64,000 nt of DNA from Balanoglossus misakiensis (GCA_040954595.2 CM082582.2:11526315-11590314), one strand, 5' to 3'. Positions 1-13,800 are shown, counted from the first letter of the stretch. Numbers and translations: made by a program. Notes: generated from the sequence alone by a model not told the origin.

Positions 1-354
1 GTTACCATGGACACTATAGATCTAGCCAATCACAATTAAATACTCAGTGGATGGCCACGCGATAATTTCGTTGAAGAATTACACATCAATATAGCTGATA
101 CAATCAACTATATTAATACATTGATAGTTGATAAAATCAATTTGAAATTTCACAGAGTTTCTGTATGACAGTACTGTAAGCTTTAGGCTATACATGTATT
201 ACATTTAGTATTCAGACACAAGAATGTTTTTTTTAATCATGTACAAAGATTCTCTCATAAATGAGGTATGCTGGTTCAACTGAATTGGTTATTTATTTGT
301 GCGATAACAGCAGCATAACAATTCAACCAGGGCATTTCACTCCATACTGACAAA

Positions 355-712
355 TGACGTATGCCTGTACGTAAACAAAAGTGTATTATTGTTCATGACA
401 ACACGGCGGGTTGACTGAGGTGACACCGTCGACGTTTCCATTGCTTCTGTGTTGAAGTGTTTTGTGACGTAGAACCGAAGGACATTCATTTCAAGGTCAA
501 GCTACGTATACCGTGACGTTGACCGGAACAATACCTGCTCCTTCTCCCTTTTCTGTTCTGCCTTCAAGTTGCGCAGACTGTTACCGCTGTCGTCAGGGTG
601 AGGAATACACAGAGTGACGTAGGTCTATATTCTGTCCGCCATTTTGTAAATATCCTTGGCCGAAGCAACAAACGCGCGTACGCGTCGAGTGAACGTGAAG
701 GAGAGAAAAATC
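355..712 (+). promoter_or_regulatory. Probable promoter and non-coding first exon of the CUB-LDLa receptor gene
   Basis: Four TGACGT (CRE/ATF-like) motifs at 355, 465, 514, 615; YY1-type CCGCCATTTT at 636-645; splice donor C|GTAAGT at 712/713; a matching acceptor (tatcag|) lies at 1996 just before the ATG at 2000. Linkage of this exon to the gene is inferred. Confidence 0.5.
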
Positions 713-1999
713 GTAAGTAAATTTTGAGCCCTTGATAACTGAGGATATTGGTCTCTGACATCTGGCCAACACATTTGAAGACGTTTAATTGTGATTGTTA
801 ATTATATGTCGTGTTCAACGATGAATGAGAATAATAAGCTGAGCTTACAATTAGGCTACATACGAAAGTGAACGTGATTAGGCCTACCATGATCGCCGCC
901 GTTATCATGTGAATATTGTCGGTCGATGTTAATTAAATGATTTGTTAAAAGGCTTTAATATTCACATCGTTTTGCTACTTTTAGCGGGGATTCTGGGTCC
1001 GTGGTATTTCGGTTTGATTATAATGTCCGCGCAGTGACGTTACAATGTGGTGAATGCACGATACACCTGCCGCAACGCCACCTGGCTGGACCCACGGACA
1101 GCCAATGCGATGCCGTATAACTATGGCCTCACAGTACGCGTATTAGCTAGAGCGAAACTAGACATTTTAGCGAATGAACTACATCATACAACAGACCGTC
1201 TTCGTTTGGGAATTGTAAACTGCACAACATCGGCACGACGCATATAGCCCAAATATTTATTCTCAATTGTCAGTTGAAATAGTATGTAGGCCTAGGGTAG
1301 TATTTGCACATGTCATTAGTGATTGATGTCGCATATCTGCTCCGCGGGTTTGTTTCGAGTCACCGTGTGTGTTTTACAAACAATGTTCATTGGAAGGCAC
1401 ACTGGAAGGTATATATCAGGTCACCGTTTCTTTTGTCCGACGTATAAGCAATACATGATCACCCAAGGTTATCACGAACAATGCGACAGTAGTTGTCAGG
1501 TTCGCAATCTCTTCAATTTGCTTTTTATCCGTGTTGTTCTTGTTAAATCATCACCAGTTTGCCCGAGGTGAGATAAAGGAGCGAGTCGGTGAGTTTGTAA
1601 AAGAATAAGAGTCATGGCAAAGTTGAATGCGAGCTGTTCTAGGCCTAAATAGGCCATCGTGAATTCTATGACGCACTATTTACGTTACGTTCCCGCGGTC
1701 GTGATTCATGCATGTCACGCGTTTGGCGAATTCCGCTCCCCTAATACTGACCACAATGGAGTCTATTTGCGACATCCTATCTGATATGACCATAGCCATG
1801 CGGTTCGATAGGATAAATTTATTTATGTTGCGAAGTGAAGCATCAATCGCAAACACTTAAAACGTTTGCCTCCGACATTGGCCATAGAAATGAGGCAGAA
1901 CACCGGTATGAATTCGACATCGTATTCTCAAAATCGAATTCGTGTTTTTGATAACATTTTTACCTAAATATCTTTTCCTATATCAACATATATCAGAAA

Positions 2000-4900
2000 A
2001 TGGCGTTGTGCAGAGGTCTGCTGCTTTTAGGCATCATCGCGTGCGTTTGCATGGTTGCCTTGACGACCGACAGCGAGCATATCGGGAAAGAAGTCGACCA
2101 CAACGGTCATGTAGTCCACAGCATAGGTAAGATATCTACTCCTATTTTGACATAAATGATCAAAAATCCGCAAAATACACACTGATCCGACGTAGCCATT
2201 CTCGTTGAGATACACAAGCGTAGTTTTAAACATTCGCGTTATAGGGACAAGATGGCTGATTTTTGACATTGTTTTGATGACCTTTAAAGCCAGTTTCTTT
2301 TGATCATTTTTGTAGAGCGGAGGGCGATCGGAGATTGTGGCGGCATTTTCAGCGAAGACAGCGGCGTGTTTTCGTCGCCCAATTATCCCGGCAACTATGA
2401 CAACAGCGAATATTGTGATTACGATATCTCAGTATCGCCGGGATACGTTATCCGGGTGAGAAATAATTGGACTTTCGTCATCAGTTCAAATGTTCAATAC
2501 TTGTTGACAGACAGACAGACAGACAGACAGACGATCAAATGCGACCATTGCAAATCATATAGTTGACTGTCGCTTTTCTGGAAACATTGCCAAGTACTCA
2601 GAATTGAGACTCCACTCTGTAATGTCGACACGTGCCTTCGCATTCGACGATGACGGTGGGCGTGGTGTTGTAGTTTCCTTATTCCTAAAGACCTTTCTCC
2701 CCGTTTCATCATCTTACAGCTTGAATTTAGCGTTTTCCATACAGAGACCAACTTCGATAAAGTGAAGATATACGACACATCGGCATATAATCCCACCCAC
2801 GAGTACTCAGGGTCGACTATACCCCCAGTGTTTGAGTCAACAGGTTCCAGCATGAGAGTCGTGTTCACATCTGATGGTTCCTCGGTTTACCAAGGCTTCC
2901 TGGCCTCGTACAACACCGCCGAATACGTGCCAGTCGAGTATTCATTAGGGGACTGTGGGGGCGTCCTGACGACAGATACAGGATCGATATCATCGCCGGA
3001 TTACCCGTCTGAATATCCACATGGAGTGGACTGTTACTACTCGATTACTGTCTCCACGGGCAACACGGTGACGGTAAGCAAAACAGCCCATCACTTTTCT
3101 CCATTCCCATTCCCTTGAATTTTACGAACCATACCTTCAGCCATGTTCACACAGATGTATCCACCTCTAATTATTTTGTTCTCATTATCTCCGATGCATC
3201 GAATGACGTATTTCTCCCTCTTTTATTCTTCGGGTTTACAGTTGGAGTTCACTGTATTTGAAACAGAATCATGTTGTGACAATGTTGAAGTGTTTGACGG
3301 GGACTCGGCATACGCCTCGTCGATGGGACAGTTTTCCGGCACCAGTATTGACTCGCCGTTCGTGTCGTCGGGCCGAAGCCTGTACATTCGCTTCCATTCC
3401 GACAGTTCTGTGTCCGATCCTGGATTTTACGCCAGTTACTGGACCACTGGCAGCGGTGGGGGAGGAGGAGGAGGTGATGGAACAGAGTTTTCAGGTACAA
3501 ATCCACTCAGCCCGGGGAAGTTTTTGATCGACATTTTAACGGCCTGATGTATAGGAATATTAGAAGACATTCTTACCATATATGCCATAGCTTTCCATGT
3601 TTTTATTACATGTAATGAGAATATTACATTCTTTCGACAGTCTGTGACGATCCTGTGGTGACCACACCTGGGGGATTTGCACAGTCTCCGAACTATCCTT
3701 TGGACTATCCCGACAATAGAGACTGTATTCTTACCATAACGGCTACTGGCAGTTTTTCCAGGGTTTACTTGAGGTTTCTGGACGTCGATCTTTACCAGGG
3801 ACCCCAGGGTAAGTCGTAGTTGTTTGGTTTGTTTTGTCTGGAATCGGTGTTACTAGTAAATGAGATTATTTGCAATATAAGGCGAAACACATACACATAC
3901 CAGTGGAGAGAGGTACTTCCAACTTTAGTTTAGGAGCGTTCAGTTATTCCACGGCCTGGGGTGGAGCCAGGAAATTCTTCACCTGTCTCGCCCATAATTA
4001 GTAAACTCCCCTACTTACTACAACCCCAAACAGATGATGACCCCCGTTTTAAAGATGACACAATTATAAATATAGCAGCAGTCTATCTCTAACCACATTT
4101 CTGACATGTCGTTTACAGGTGCCTGCTCTGACGGTGGCGATTACGTCACCGTTACTGACGACGACGATTTATCGATGGGAACCGTGTGCACCAGCTACGA
4201 CATTGGCAATGAATATACGTCAAGAAACAGTCTAACCTTGACATTCCATTCGGGAGAACACACCGACACTTACAAGGGTTTCCAGGCATTATACAGTTTT
4301 TACTATGATTCCTGTGAGTAAAATACACGACACATTTTAGCTGTTCATGCTTGTACAATGTCTCGCTGGCTTTCCCATACACTACCAATGATGTTGAACA
4401 CATTCTCATGCTGGTTTTAATTTCCATTGGTCGTTTCAGCGAGTTCCAATTGTTTTTATTCGGACGATCACATCTACTGCTCCTCCGAAGGCAGGTGTAT
4501 ATCTGGAACCTTGGAGTGCGATGGTTATGACCACTGTGGGGATGGCAGCGATGAAGAGTGTTCAAATAGTGAGTGATTTTTCTCTACATCAATGACAGTT
4601 CGCATACTCACGTATGCATGTAGTTCAATTCAGTTCTATTTTGATAGTCAGGAATTCCAGGTAAATATATCTTCTGTCACTTCTTCGAACAGCGGCGCTT
4701 ATTGCTGGAGTAGTCATCGGCGTGATTGCCTTGATCGCCATCATTGCCGTCGTCGCTATATATTTTTGCTGTTGCAAGAAGTCGTCCGCCACAACGCCCT
4801 CAAGAGGTGCCACCAACACCAGGTTAACGAGGGCGCCTCCTAGTGGAGCGACAGTCGGTTTTACGGGCTATAAACCCCAGGGAATGTAAGTATTCTGAAG

Positions 4901-5447
4901 CCACATACATGCATGTACTAGAGAATACTTTGGTCCGCGCGTGATACAAGTTTTGGCTGCAGATTGTTAGATTGAAATGTGTCACGTAGGCCTACATGTA
5001 CTTGAATTTCTTCTGTTAATAACATCACCTGACCAATGCGTGTTTTGTTGCCTCTCCGTTATATGCAGAAACACCGTGTCTTCGACTGTGAACGACCCTG
5101 GTGCCCCTGGAAACAACGCGTATGGAGGTTACTACGAGCCTACTGCGCCTTACTACATGAACGAGTACAACAACCCTGGTATGGACTTGAGCGCTGGTTA
5201 CCCGCCACCAGCGGCAACAACTGGAGCCGCATCCTCTTACCCGTCACCAGGCCTCCCAGGTTCGACGACGAATGACCCCGCATATCCTCCTCCGAACGAC
5301 CCCATGGCGATGTACCCACCCCCGCCACAAGGATTCGGTGCACCCGCTCCAACCACATACAACCCTATGTTCCCACCTGAATCAAATCCGAACATGGCCC
5401 CTCCACCACCAAGTTACAATGACGCGATGACTATGAACAGACCCTAG
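2000..5447 (+). CDS. Type I transmembrane protein with 3 CUB domains, 1 LDLa repeat, TM helix and Pro/Tyr-rich cytoplasmic tail (about 645 aa, 9 coding exons)
   Basis: Exons 2000-2126, 2316-2455, 2720-3073, 3242-3494, 3641-3808, 4119-4313, 4440-4568, 4693-4885, 5069-5447 all have GT-AG boundaries and join in frame. Signal peptide MALCRGLLLLGIIACVCMVALT; CUB motifs CGG...SPNYPGNYDNSEYC, CGG...SPDYPSEYPHGVDC and SPNYPLDYPDNRDC with FTSD/FHSD...GF; LDLa CFYSDDHIYCSSEGRCISGTLECDGYDHCGDGSDEEC; TM ALIAGVVIGVIALIAIIAVVAIYF followed by CCCKK; tail ends PPPPSYNDAMTMNRP. Confidence 0.9.
2507..2533. repeat. (GACA)n microsatellite in intron
   Basis: gacagacagacagacagacagacagac read directly. Confidence 0.85.
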
Positions 5448-5905
5448 CTTTTACAGTCACATAACCCCCTCCCATTTCCCAGATATTTTATCGTCAAAAA
5501 GGCCGATCCATCGACAGCAAACTATCCATTTACACGTTCTTCCAAAAGCGCACACATCGAAAGTCGACCTGCTGCATAGCTTTGCACCACCATGCACGTG
5601 GAGAAAATAACAGCATGAGCCGAGCCAGCTGACAAGGATTCCCGCCACACAGTCAAGATAATCACCGATTACCGTAACGTCGCCACACCGTGTATGGTAT
5701 ATTATCTGCAGTGCCAGTGGAAATATGCGCACTTGTATTTATATGGTAATAAGTGTGTGCCAAGTTTTTGGATTTGAATATATAGCACTGATGAGTTGAC
5801 TATCATCCAGATCCGTCCATGTTTATAAAGTGTATATATCAGTCATGCATTTACTATCTGGAATGATGCAGGGGCTCTTTGTTGAATTCAACAGTTTTAC
5901 GTATA

Positions 5906-5946
5906 AGAGAGAGAGAGAGAGAGAGGGGGGGGGGGGGATGAGAGAG
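5906..5946. repeat. (GA)n / poly-G low-complexity tract in the 3' UTR region
   Basis: agagagagagagagagagag followed by a G run and further gagaga; AATAAA follows at about 5964. Confidence 0.8.
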
Positions 5947-6597
5947 AATTATTTTACATAGAAAATAAACTTTAGCTTTTTGTAGGAATTTGTACCAACT
6001 TAGAACTTTCCGTAGGAGTGATCCCCACTCTTATGTTTTGATGTTATTGATGAAGATGAGCGTATATGTGTGCCAAACCTTATTCATAAAGAATTATTTC
6101 GATCTGCAAGAATTTTAACAGAGATATAAACATTTATTTTACATAACGACGAGACCTGCTCTTTTTTGATGATTTCGATGTTTTCATAACATAATTATGT
6201 TGCGTTTTTTTCTTCGATTATGTATATATTACTTTCGTTTTTAAGTATGCGCGCTGCGCCAAATAAAATGTTTTCAGAGGACTTTGGATTAGGATGGCTT
6301 TTTCTGAAGTCTAATGTTCTTCACAATGAAGAATATGCAGCGCCCCCGTGTGACAGGAGTTCAAAATCATTGTGTTTCCCCGCAAAATGAAAGTCCTGGC
6401 AAAGCCGGGATTCTGGTTCATCTGTTATAAACTTTCTTGGCCAGTTCACGATACATGAGAGATGAATATACTAGTAAGAGCTACGAAACTATAAGTGCTA
6501 ATACATTTCGTGCTCTTTTCAGTGTTTTCCTGCATACATATAATTAAAAAAGGTCTATCCCCTGCTTGCGTTCATGTTTCTATTATCACACAATTCT

Positions 6598-6858
6598 GGG
6601 AATCCCCGTTATACCACATTCAGAGTGTCTCTTAATACCCACCATGCCGAGCGCATGAGTCTAGACTATTTGCCTCATTTAAAAAAATGACGTCATGTGG
6701 GTCAGAGGTAAAGGGAATGCCCCTCATACCTGCCATTATAAACAGGCGCTGGGCTAGGCGCGCGGTGTTGACGAGCGAGGACAACTCTGTCTAATGTCGA
6801 TAGTGGAATTAATTTACGAGTGTTATTTCGCACACTGACGAAATGGCGACTAGTTAAG
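6598..6858 (+). promoter_or_regulatory. Probable RNF31 promoter and non-coding first exon (2 kB-type sites, full CRE, TATA-like box)
   Basis: GGGAATCCCC 6598-6607; TGACGTCA 6688-6695; GGAATGCCCC 6714-6723 (GGGGCATTCC on minus strand); TATAAA 6737-6742; donor AAG|GTAATT at 6858/6859; acceptor ttttcag| at 7763 upstream of ATG 7832. Confidence 0.6.
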
Positions 6859-7831
6859 GTAATTTTTTTTACACAAAACGTACCAAAGTGACCATTATTG
6901 ACATTGTAAATGCGATATGTTGTACTGGCGGTATGACGGACAATATGGCTGCCTCCATGGCAAGACGGAAAAGGTAGATGTTATGCTAACGTCGAGTGAC
7001 AATTTCTGTGGGTTCAAAGTACATATTAAGATTTCCAGACTTCATAAAAAACTGTGAAGTGGTCCCCACGTTAGTACATGTATTGCAATTTGGCAACTTT
7101 TGACGGGTTAAGAATTATCGCCTGGAGTTGACGTACCATAGATGGAAAGTACATTTGGCCTGGGACCCGAACTGGGACGTGTGACGTTCATGTTTTCTCG
7201 GACTGTGCGATGTAACAATGAGACTGCTAAACGAAAGAACCCATTTATCATAATCATTTTAAACCCGTTTTCAGTGGTTAAAAGGCTGCTGACTGTAGTT
7301 AAGCCAACAAAATGCATTATGGAATCCCACAGTATCATTTTTGAACGCGGAAGTGACTTGTCAAGACTTGACCGACACCCAAACCCCGCCACCACTCATG
7401 ACCCGACCGTTTGCACTGTCGAGTCACACTTCTCATGGTGATCATCGGTGCCCAACTGCTATCTAGCCTAATGACTGACATTTGGTATCCAATACACCTG
7501 GCTTTTATTGATTTTAACACATTTCTTCTGAAAAATGGATGATGGAATAATGCAAGCTCTTCACAACACCAGGAAATGCACGCAAAAAAGATCATAGACT
7601 GGGGTCTTCCCCGTTATCTTATCCCACGCATTTGACAATGTATTGTAATTGCAAATGGTTAATTCCAATACTGTAATTGTTTATAACACATGGTACAAAA
7701 ACTTGTGATAATGTTTGTTGGCTGTGAGATCAATAACATGTATCATTTTCTGTTTGTTTTCAGGAATGAAATAAGCATACATTGACATTGTAAAATTATC
7801 TCCTGAAGTTGTGCTTTGAACATTGTCAAAA

Positions 7832-10800
7832 ATGGATTTTATCTCTTCCTACGCCCCGACTCATCACACAAACCCAAATGTGCCCTTACTGTCGCCAACC
7901 AAGAGCGACAATGAGGACAATAACAGAAGCAACCAGAACACGGACACTGGAAGTCAACTTCCACAGGCCACTCTGGCCGTCACCGTGGAGCAGACCATAC
8001 GCAACACCAGAGCCCGGCTGGAGCAGCATCTGGCGGGGAATGAAACGAACACGGACGAGACCATCCGGCTTGCTGCCGACGTGGTCAACATCCCCTGCCC
8101 GCTTGGCATGAAATACACCAAGCTGGATTTCCCGGATTTACTGAAGACGAACAGTGTGAAAAGGGTAGGTATTAGTTGGACAGGAGTGTAACTTTCACAA
8201 ATGACCTTGCCCTCCAACAGATACTGTGAGCTGCAGCTCTGTATTTTGAGACCCCGGCACATTGACTTGTTCTGGTAGTTGATTGTCTTTGAAAGTTTCA
8301 CTTTTGTTTGCCCTCATCGATTATCAACGCAGACACTGACTTTACCGTCAGTTGGCTCAGCTGGGTGTGTGCCTCCTTAATGGAGAACATGAACTGATAA
8401 GTGCCTATGTGTCTGACCTGTGTTAAGGTGGCCGGCTGGCTACCATGGTGAATGAGGTATTCATATGTAGGCGTTGTTTGCATGCAGATTGGGGGCACTC
8501 TGAGTTGACAGATCTGTTCTCAGCTGATTCCACATAATGTTAATAAAAATTATTCTTATTCTTCCCCATCTGATTGCTTGGTTCTACTGGAAAATTGTTA
8601 TTTTTTGACAGTCAAAAACTATTTTCTGTGAATAGCTCTTGTATGATTACCATGGATTCTCTTCATATGTGCTAGCAGTTCTTCTGTTGTACCATTGAAT
8701 ATCAGATACATACAGTTGAGTGTAAACCATACAGTTATGTTAATATTTAACTTAAGTCAAACTCAAAGGTGGTGTAGTTAGCACAGTCTGCTTGTTAAGG
8801 ACAGCCGGCGCTGTAACCATGCCGACCAGAAATGATTGACGACAACCAATTTCTCTTTGTAGGGGCAAGAATCGTTGCCTTTGCTAGCAGGAGCGCTGGG
8901 AATCCTTGCCAAATACGGGCGCAATCTTCTGAGAGAAAACAAACCTGCAGTCTGGCGATGCGTGCGATTTTCAAATGCTGTTTTCAACCAGAAGGTTGAT
9001 GTCATTGAGGTATGTAGCTTGTGGTGCTTGAATGCTGGCTTGTCAAAAGGTCACAGACAATGAAAAGAAATCAGTGGGGTATGATACGACAGAAGGGAGA
9101 GTGGTTTTGGTTGGAGGCAAAATAATCGTGCCAAAGAGACAAATAGATGCAGTTTGTATTTTCATAATCTCAGTCTGTCTGTGTTAAAGACTATTGATGG
9201 TGGCTTCTTTTCACACTTTTTGATGATTTCATTTTAGCATCAACATTTCCTTTGAAATCATGCGTAAGATGTTATTTAAATAGTTTCCTCATTCCTACTT
9301 CCAAGTTCCTGTATGGTGTGTACATTAAGCTTGCATTGAGGTCAAAGGTCAGCAGGCCGTATTTCACAACACATTGTCAACAATAATGTTTGTGTGACGC
9401 ACTGTCTTGTGTTCATGTACCAGTAACAAAAATAACCCTGTGGGTTTGAAGGTCACTGATTTTGGTGTTTGTTTTTTCCGCATTCATCATTTCCGCACCA
9501 CCTTTAGATGACAAAGGATTGACTTTGGGGGGAGGGGGGTGGGGAGGGGGAGGATGAGATCAGGGTCCAGACACATAAGTTAGGCCCAAGTCCCAGTCAG
9601 AGCCTTGCAGTATGACCCTCACTGGTGACTTTGGGCTCAGATGAAGTGTGAAAAATTCCACCAGCTGACTTAAAATACATTTGAAAGAAATATGTAAGTG
9701 TGGACACAGAGAAAACCTAACCCCCAGAGGGAAATTCCTTTTTAGCCACAGCCAGGTCTCAGCTGAGATAATTTTTAGGTCGGTGAAGGAGATTATTGTT
9801 TCGTGTGACTTATGTGGGTCGTGATGATAAATGTGTCCGCTGTTAACATACACAGGGAGCCAGGGACATCCTGAAAATACTTGGCTACACGAAACACATC
9901 GAAGATGGCCTGGCCTTCCCAGACGAGGTGGAGGCACCGAACATCGAAGAGGTCACCAAGCTGACCGCTGATCTCATCATCGCCAAGCACGAGGTGGAGT
10001 GTCTGCGTAGCAACAACCACCCAAACCCGGAGTCGGTCAAACAGTACATGGGGAGCCAGGTGAAGTCAGCTCACCAGATGTTGCGGAGACTGCCAAGCGG
10101 GACAGTGCCACCAGTGTCTGGAGGCATTGCATTGCCGGGAATGGTAGAGTAGCTTTTATTTCTCTTTCTTTTTCAGTGATGGGACTTTTATATCCAGTTG
10201 CTGAGACTTCATAAAAATCTTGGGAAGTTAATCTTTATACAGTTAAAGGAGCATATCAAATTATTAAAAAAAATCCAAATTCATAGTAAAAGTCAGTGCA
10301 ATGATTTTGTTCTTTTCTTTGCAAAGGTCCCAAGTGTTGCTAAAATTGCGCGACCACCACCATCGCCACCACCCATCAAAACCCCACCATCTCAAGACAA
10401 GGTACCGCCATCACAGCAGGATAAGAGGCCAGCTAACACAGGTGGCTATGTAAATCACCAGTTGACCGCACCCTCGCCAGTTGGAATAGTTTCCACGGGC
10501 CTGACTACAGACGGCATCAACTCGACATCGCCAGACTCCTCCACCGGTAGCGATGTTCCGTACTTGCGGAGGCCAGAAGATTTCTTTAGCACTCAGCCAC
10601 CGGTGAACTCAAGCGTTTCACTGGCAAGGCCAAGCTCCTTTCTACAGAGTACTGCTGCTCAAGCCCGCTATGGTAGTGTTCCGAGTCCTGTTACACCAAA
10701 ACCACCACCAACAACAAGAAGCACACCAGAGCCGAAGTCACCCCTTCAAAAAGAAATAGGTATTGCTTGTTGAGTGCTCTATTCAACATCTTTAGCTCAT

Positions 10801-13800
10801 ATCTGGCTTTATGTGACAATTTCAGCCAAATTGCAACCAAATAGGCCCATCACTGTCTTTATTTGCTACCTTCCAGATGAAGAAAGAAAGTGTGATCTCT
10901 GTGGTGAGGAAGTAGCGACTAAAGCCTGTGACATATGTGGTGACAAAAGGTGTGACGAATGCGATGATCGGTGGCATAAACATTCAGCCAGGAAAGACCA
11001 CACACGAAGGCAATTACCGCCTCCAACGCCATCTTCACCTATGACTCCAATCTACGAAAATGCAGAGAGAAAGGACAAGTCCAGTGAGGATACAAGTCAT
11101 CAAAAAGTTCACAAAAGCCAGTATGTCAATTTTCCACTGTATTTTCTTCTGACTGTACGTTGTATGTGTAGAGTGAAAGTTATATAAACTGCCAGTACGC
11201 CTTTGTGGTTATGAATTTGCTACCTATCATGATTTTCAATATGTGTGACTTTGGTGATGTTTCCCTTCCAGAAGTGAGAATAGTTTATCTGCAACCAAGA
11301 GACCAGTACCTGCACCCAGGCAGAAAAGGAACACGAGTTTGCAGGATGGATCATCAGTGAGTGCAGCAATGTCCACTCTGCAAAGTCAAACGCTCCCAAG
11401 AAATTTGAACGTAAGTAAACCAGAACTCTCATGCAGTGTAACCTTCAGACTAGCATGGTTCCATAAAAGCTTGGGGTGAATTTCAAATTTTCAAGCAATT
11501 TCTTTGCATCAGTCCTACATGCACATGTGTTGATAACATGACTTAGAGAGTAAAAATATTTTTTTTTCAACTACAGCATGAGCCTGTTGACTTTAGAACC
11601 TACACACTACCAAAGAAACCTGCCCCTCCACCTAGGCCAGGCCGACCTTTATCTGGTGATCTGCAGTACAGTGGACAGTACCCAGCCAGTTCTTCTGTGA
11701 CATCACCCTCTAATGGGCCCCCTGCTTACACTGTGATGTCTCCCCGTGCTCTGGATGACGGCAGACCGTACCCATTGGCGTATCCTCACCCATATCCCGG
11801 GAAAGTGTTGTCTCCCGAGGAAGAGAAGCGATTGAGGCTGACTCAAGAGCTGAGGAATATTGACATCGAGATGATCCGGCGAGAAATCGAAGACATCTGC
11901 GTGAAGATGAGCGAGATGTGCAGAGGTAATCCCTCGGCGAAGCAAACGCCGGCGTATCAGGAACACGATCAGACAATGAAGTACAAAATGAAGGGATTGG
12001 AGGCACTCATGCAGGAGTTGGAAGACATCAATGTCCAGTTGGCGAATAACCAGTCGGACGCGAGACAGATGAATTACTCTCTTCCACCAACAATCACCCG
12101 ACCTCCAGGTGACATGTGGTCTTCTGGGCAGCAGGCACCTTTTGCGAAGGGAATGGGCACGTCGCTGTATTATACTCCTAATAGACAAGGCGCAGAGGAT
12201 TTGCAGGCAAATCCACCAGCTTCCAAAGACTCTCGCCCGTTTAGCACGTATGACGTGAGGACCTCAGGGCCTCCAGTCAGAATCGGTGCCCCACCACCCG
12301 CATACAGCCAAGTGCCACCCCCTCAGAGGGGGTACAACGCTGGACAACCGAGACCTGGTATTGCTTCACCCTACGAGAACATGCCTGCCCCCGTGCCAGG
12401 TGGGAATTTCTTTCGGTGCGAAGATTGCGGGCACAATAACGTACCCGGCAGCGAAAGATGTGCGTATTGCTTCCAACGGAATTTGGTTCCCACGGACAAG
12501 TTCAACTTTCCGCCATCCCACCTGCCGCCTGCGTACGAGGACCTCCGAGCGGACAGAAGCAAGGCAGTAGAAAGGAAGGAAGCAACCACGTTGGCACAAT
12601 CGTCTCCGCCGGCAGTCAGCCCTAAGCCGGGTCAATCGTGGGCGTGCGAACACTGCACGTTCCTGAACACCGACCCAAGCACCCGCATATGTGTCATGTG
12701 CGACAAGACGAGTCTGAGCATTCCTCTGAAGAAGAAACCAGAAGTCAAACCCAAGCCGCAACATGTCCTTGAAAACAGAAAGTCTTTTACTCTGAAAGCA
12801 GACAGTGCAAGTACTGGACACTTGGTGACAGAATCCAAGCGACCAGCTCCGGCTGACAATGTCCCAACAACTTTCGTGCACATGCAGGAAGAACAAGAAC
12901 AGGTAGGGTGATTACAGTCTTTGAAAAAATAAGATTTGTGAGAAAAAAATAGGAAAAAGAAGCTGTTTATTTTTTGCTACTGAGAGCCTACAGAAATGAT
13001 AAAAAATTGTGATAATTACAGTCAGAGATATTTACATATGTAACACATGTGTAAGGCAAGTGTTTGTTGTATGTGTATTATTAAAGGTGTTAATGGAAAA
13101 GATGCAAGCAAAGAAGGAGTATGAAGAACAACTGCAGCGAGAAAGAGAAGAAGAAAAGAGGCTAGCAGAATTGGGTGCGACTGTCAAGCGACCAGACCCT
13201 GTAAACCTTGCATCAGAGACAGGTAAATACAATGCAACAACTGATACAGGTCTATATACTGCAGGTGTATTGAAGGCAAAGAATTGTGTGTATCTGTGAC
13301 CATTTGATCTTTTGTAAATGCATGTATATCTTTTTAATGTGCACCGAGATGGGGTGGGGGGAGTTGTGTGGGTGGGGTTCGGGATTCAAAGGGGTAAGTG
13401 TCAATTTTGTATCTGAATACTGCAAGGATGTGTTAATTGACAGCCATTTGTTTGACAACAGCATCACCTTTTATGGTCATGTGTAAGGAATTTCATGTTA
13501 TCTTGCTTATTTACATATAAATTGTTTGGCCAGCCAATCAGAATAAAGGTCTTGCACATTTGAATAAGCATTTGTCAGCAACCAATTAGAATGCAGCTAG
13601 CTGGTACATATTCAGCTGTTGGTCATTTGTGTTGAGATCATTGAGAAAGAATCAGAATTCAAAAAAAGATATCTGCATATATCTTTCGAAACAAAAGAAG
13701 GAATTTTTTTCTGGTAACAGTGCCAGGCCTGGGTTCACTCAGATTGTCAGTTGAAGAGTTTACTGTGGACTGGCATGATGGCTCCTCCTGATGGATTATT

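Noticed and set aside
7108-7595. ORFs within the first RNF31 intron
   Set aside because: Overlapping ORFs on both strands with no recognisable protein signature.
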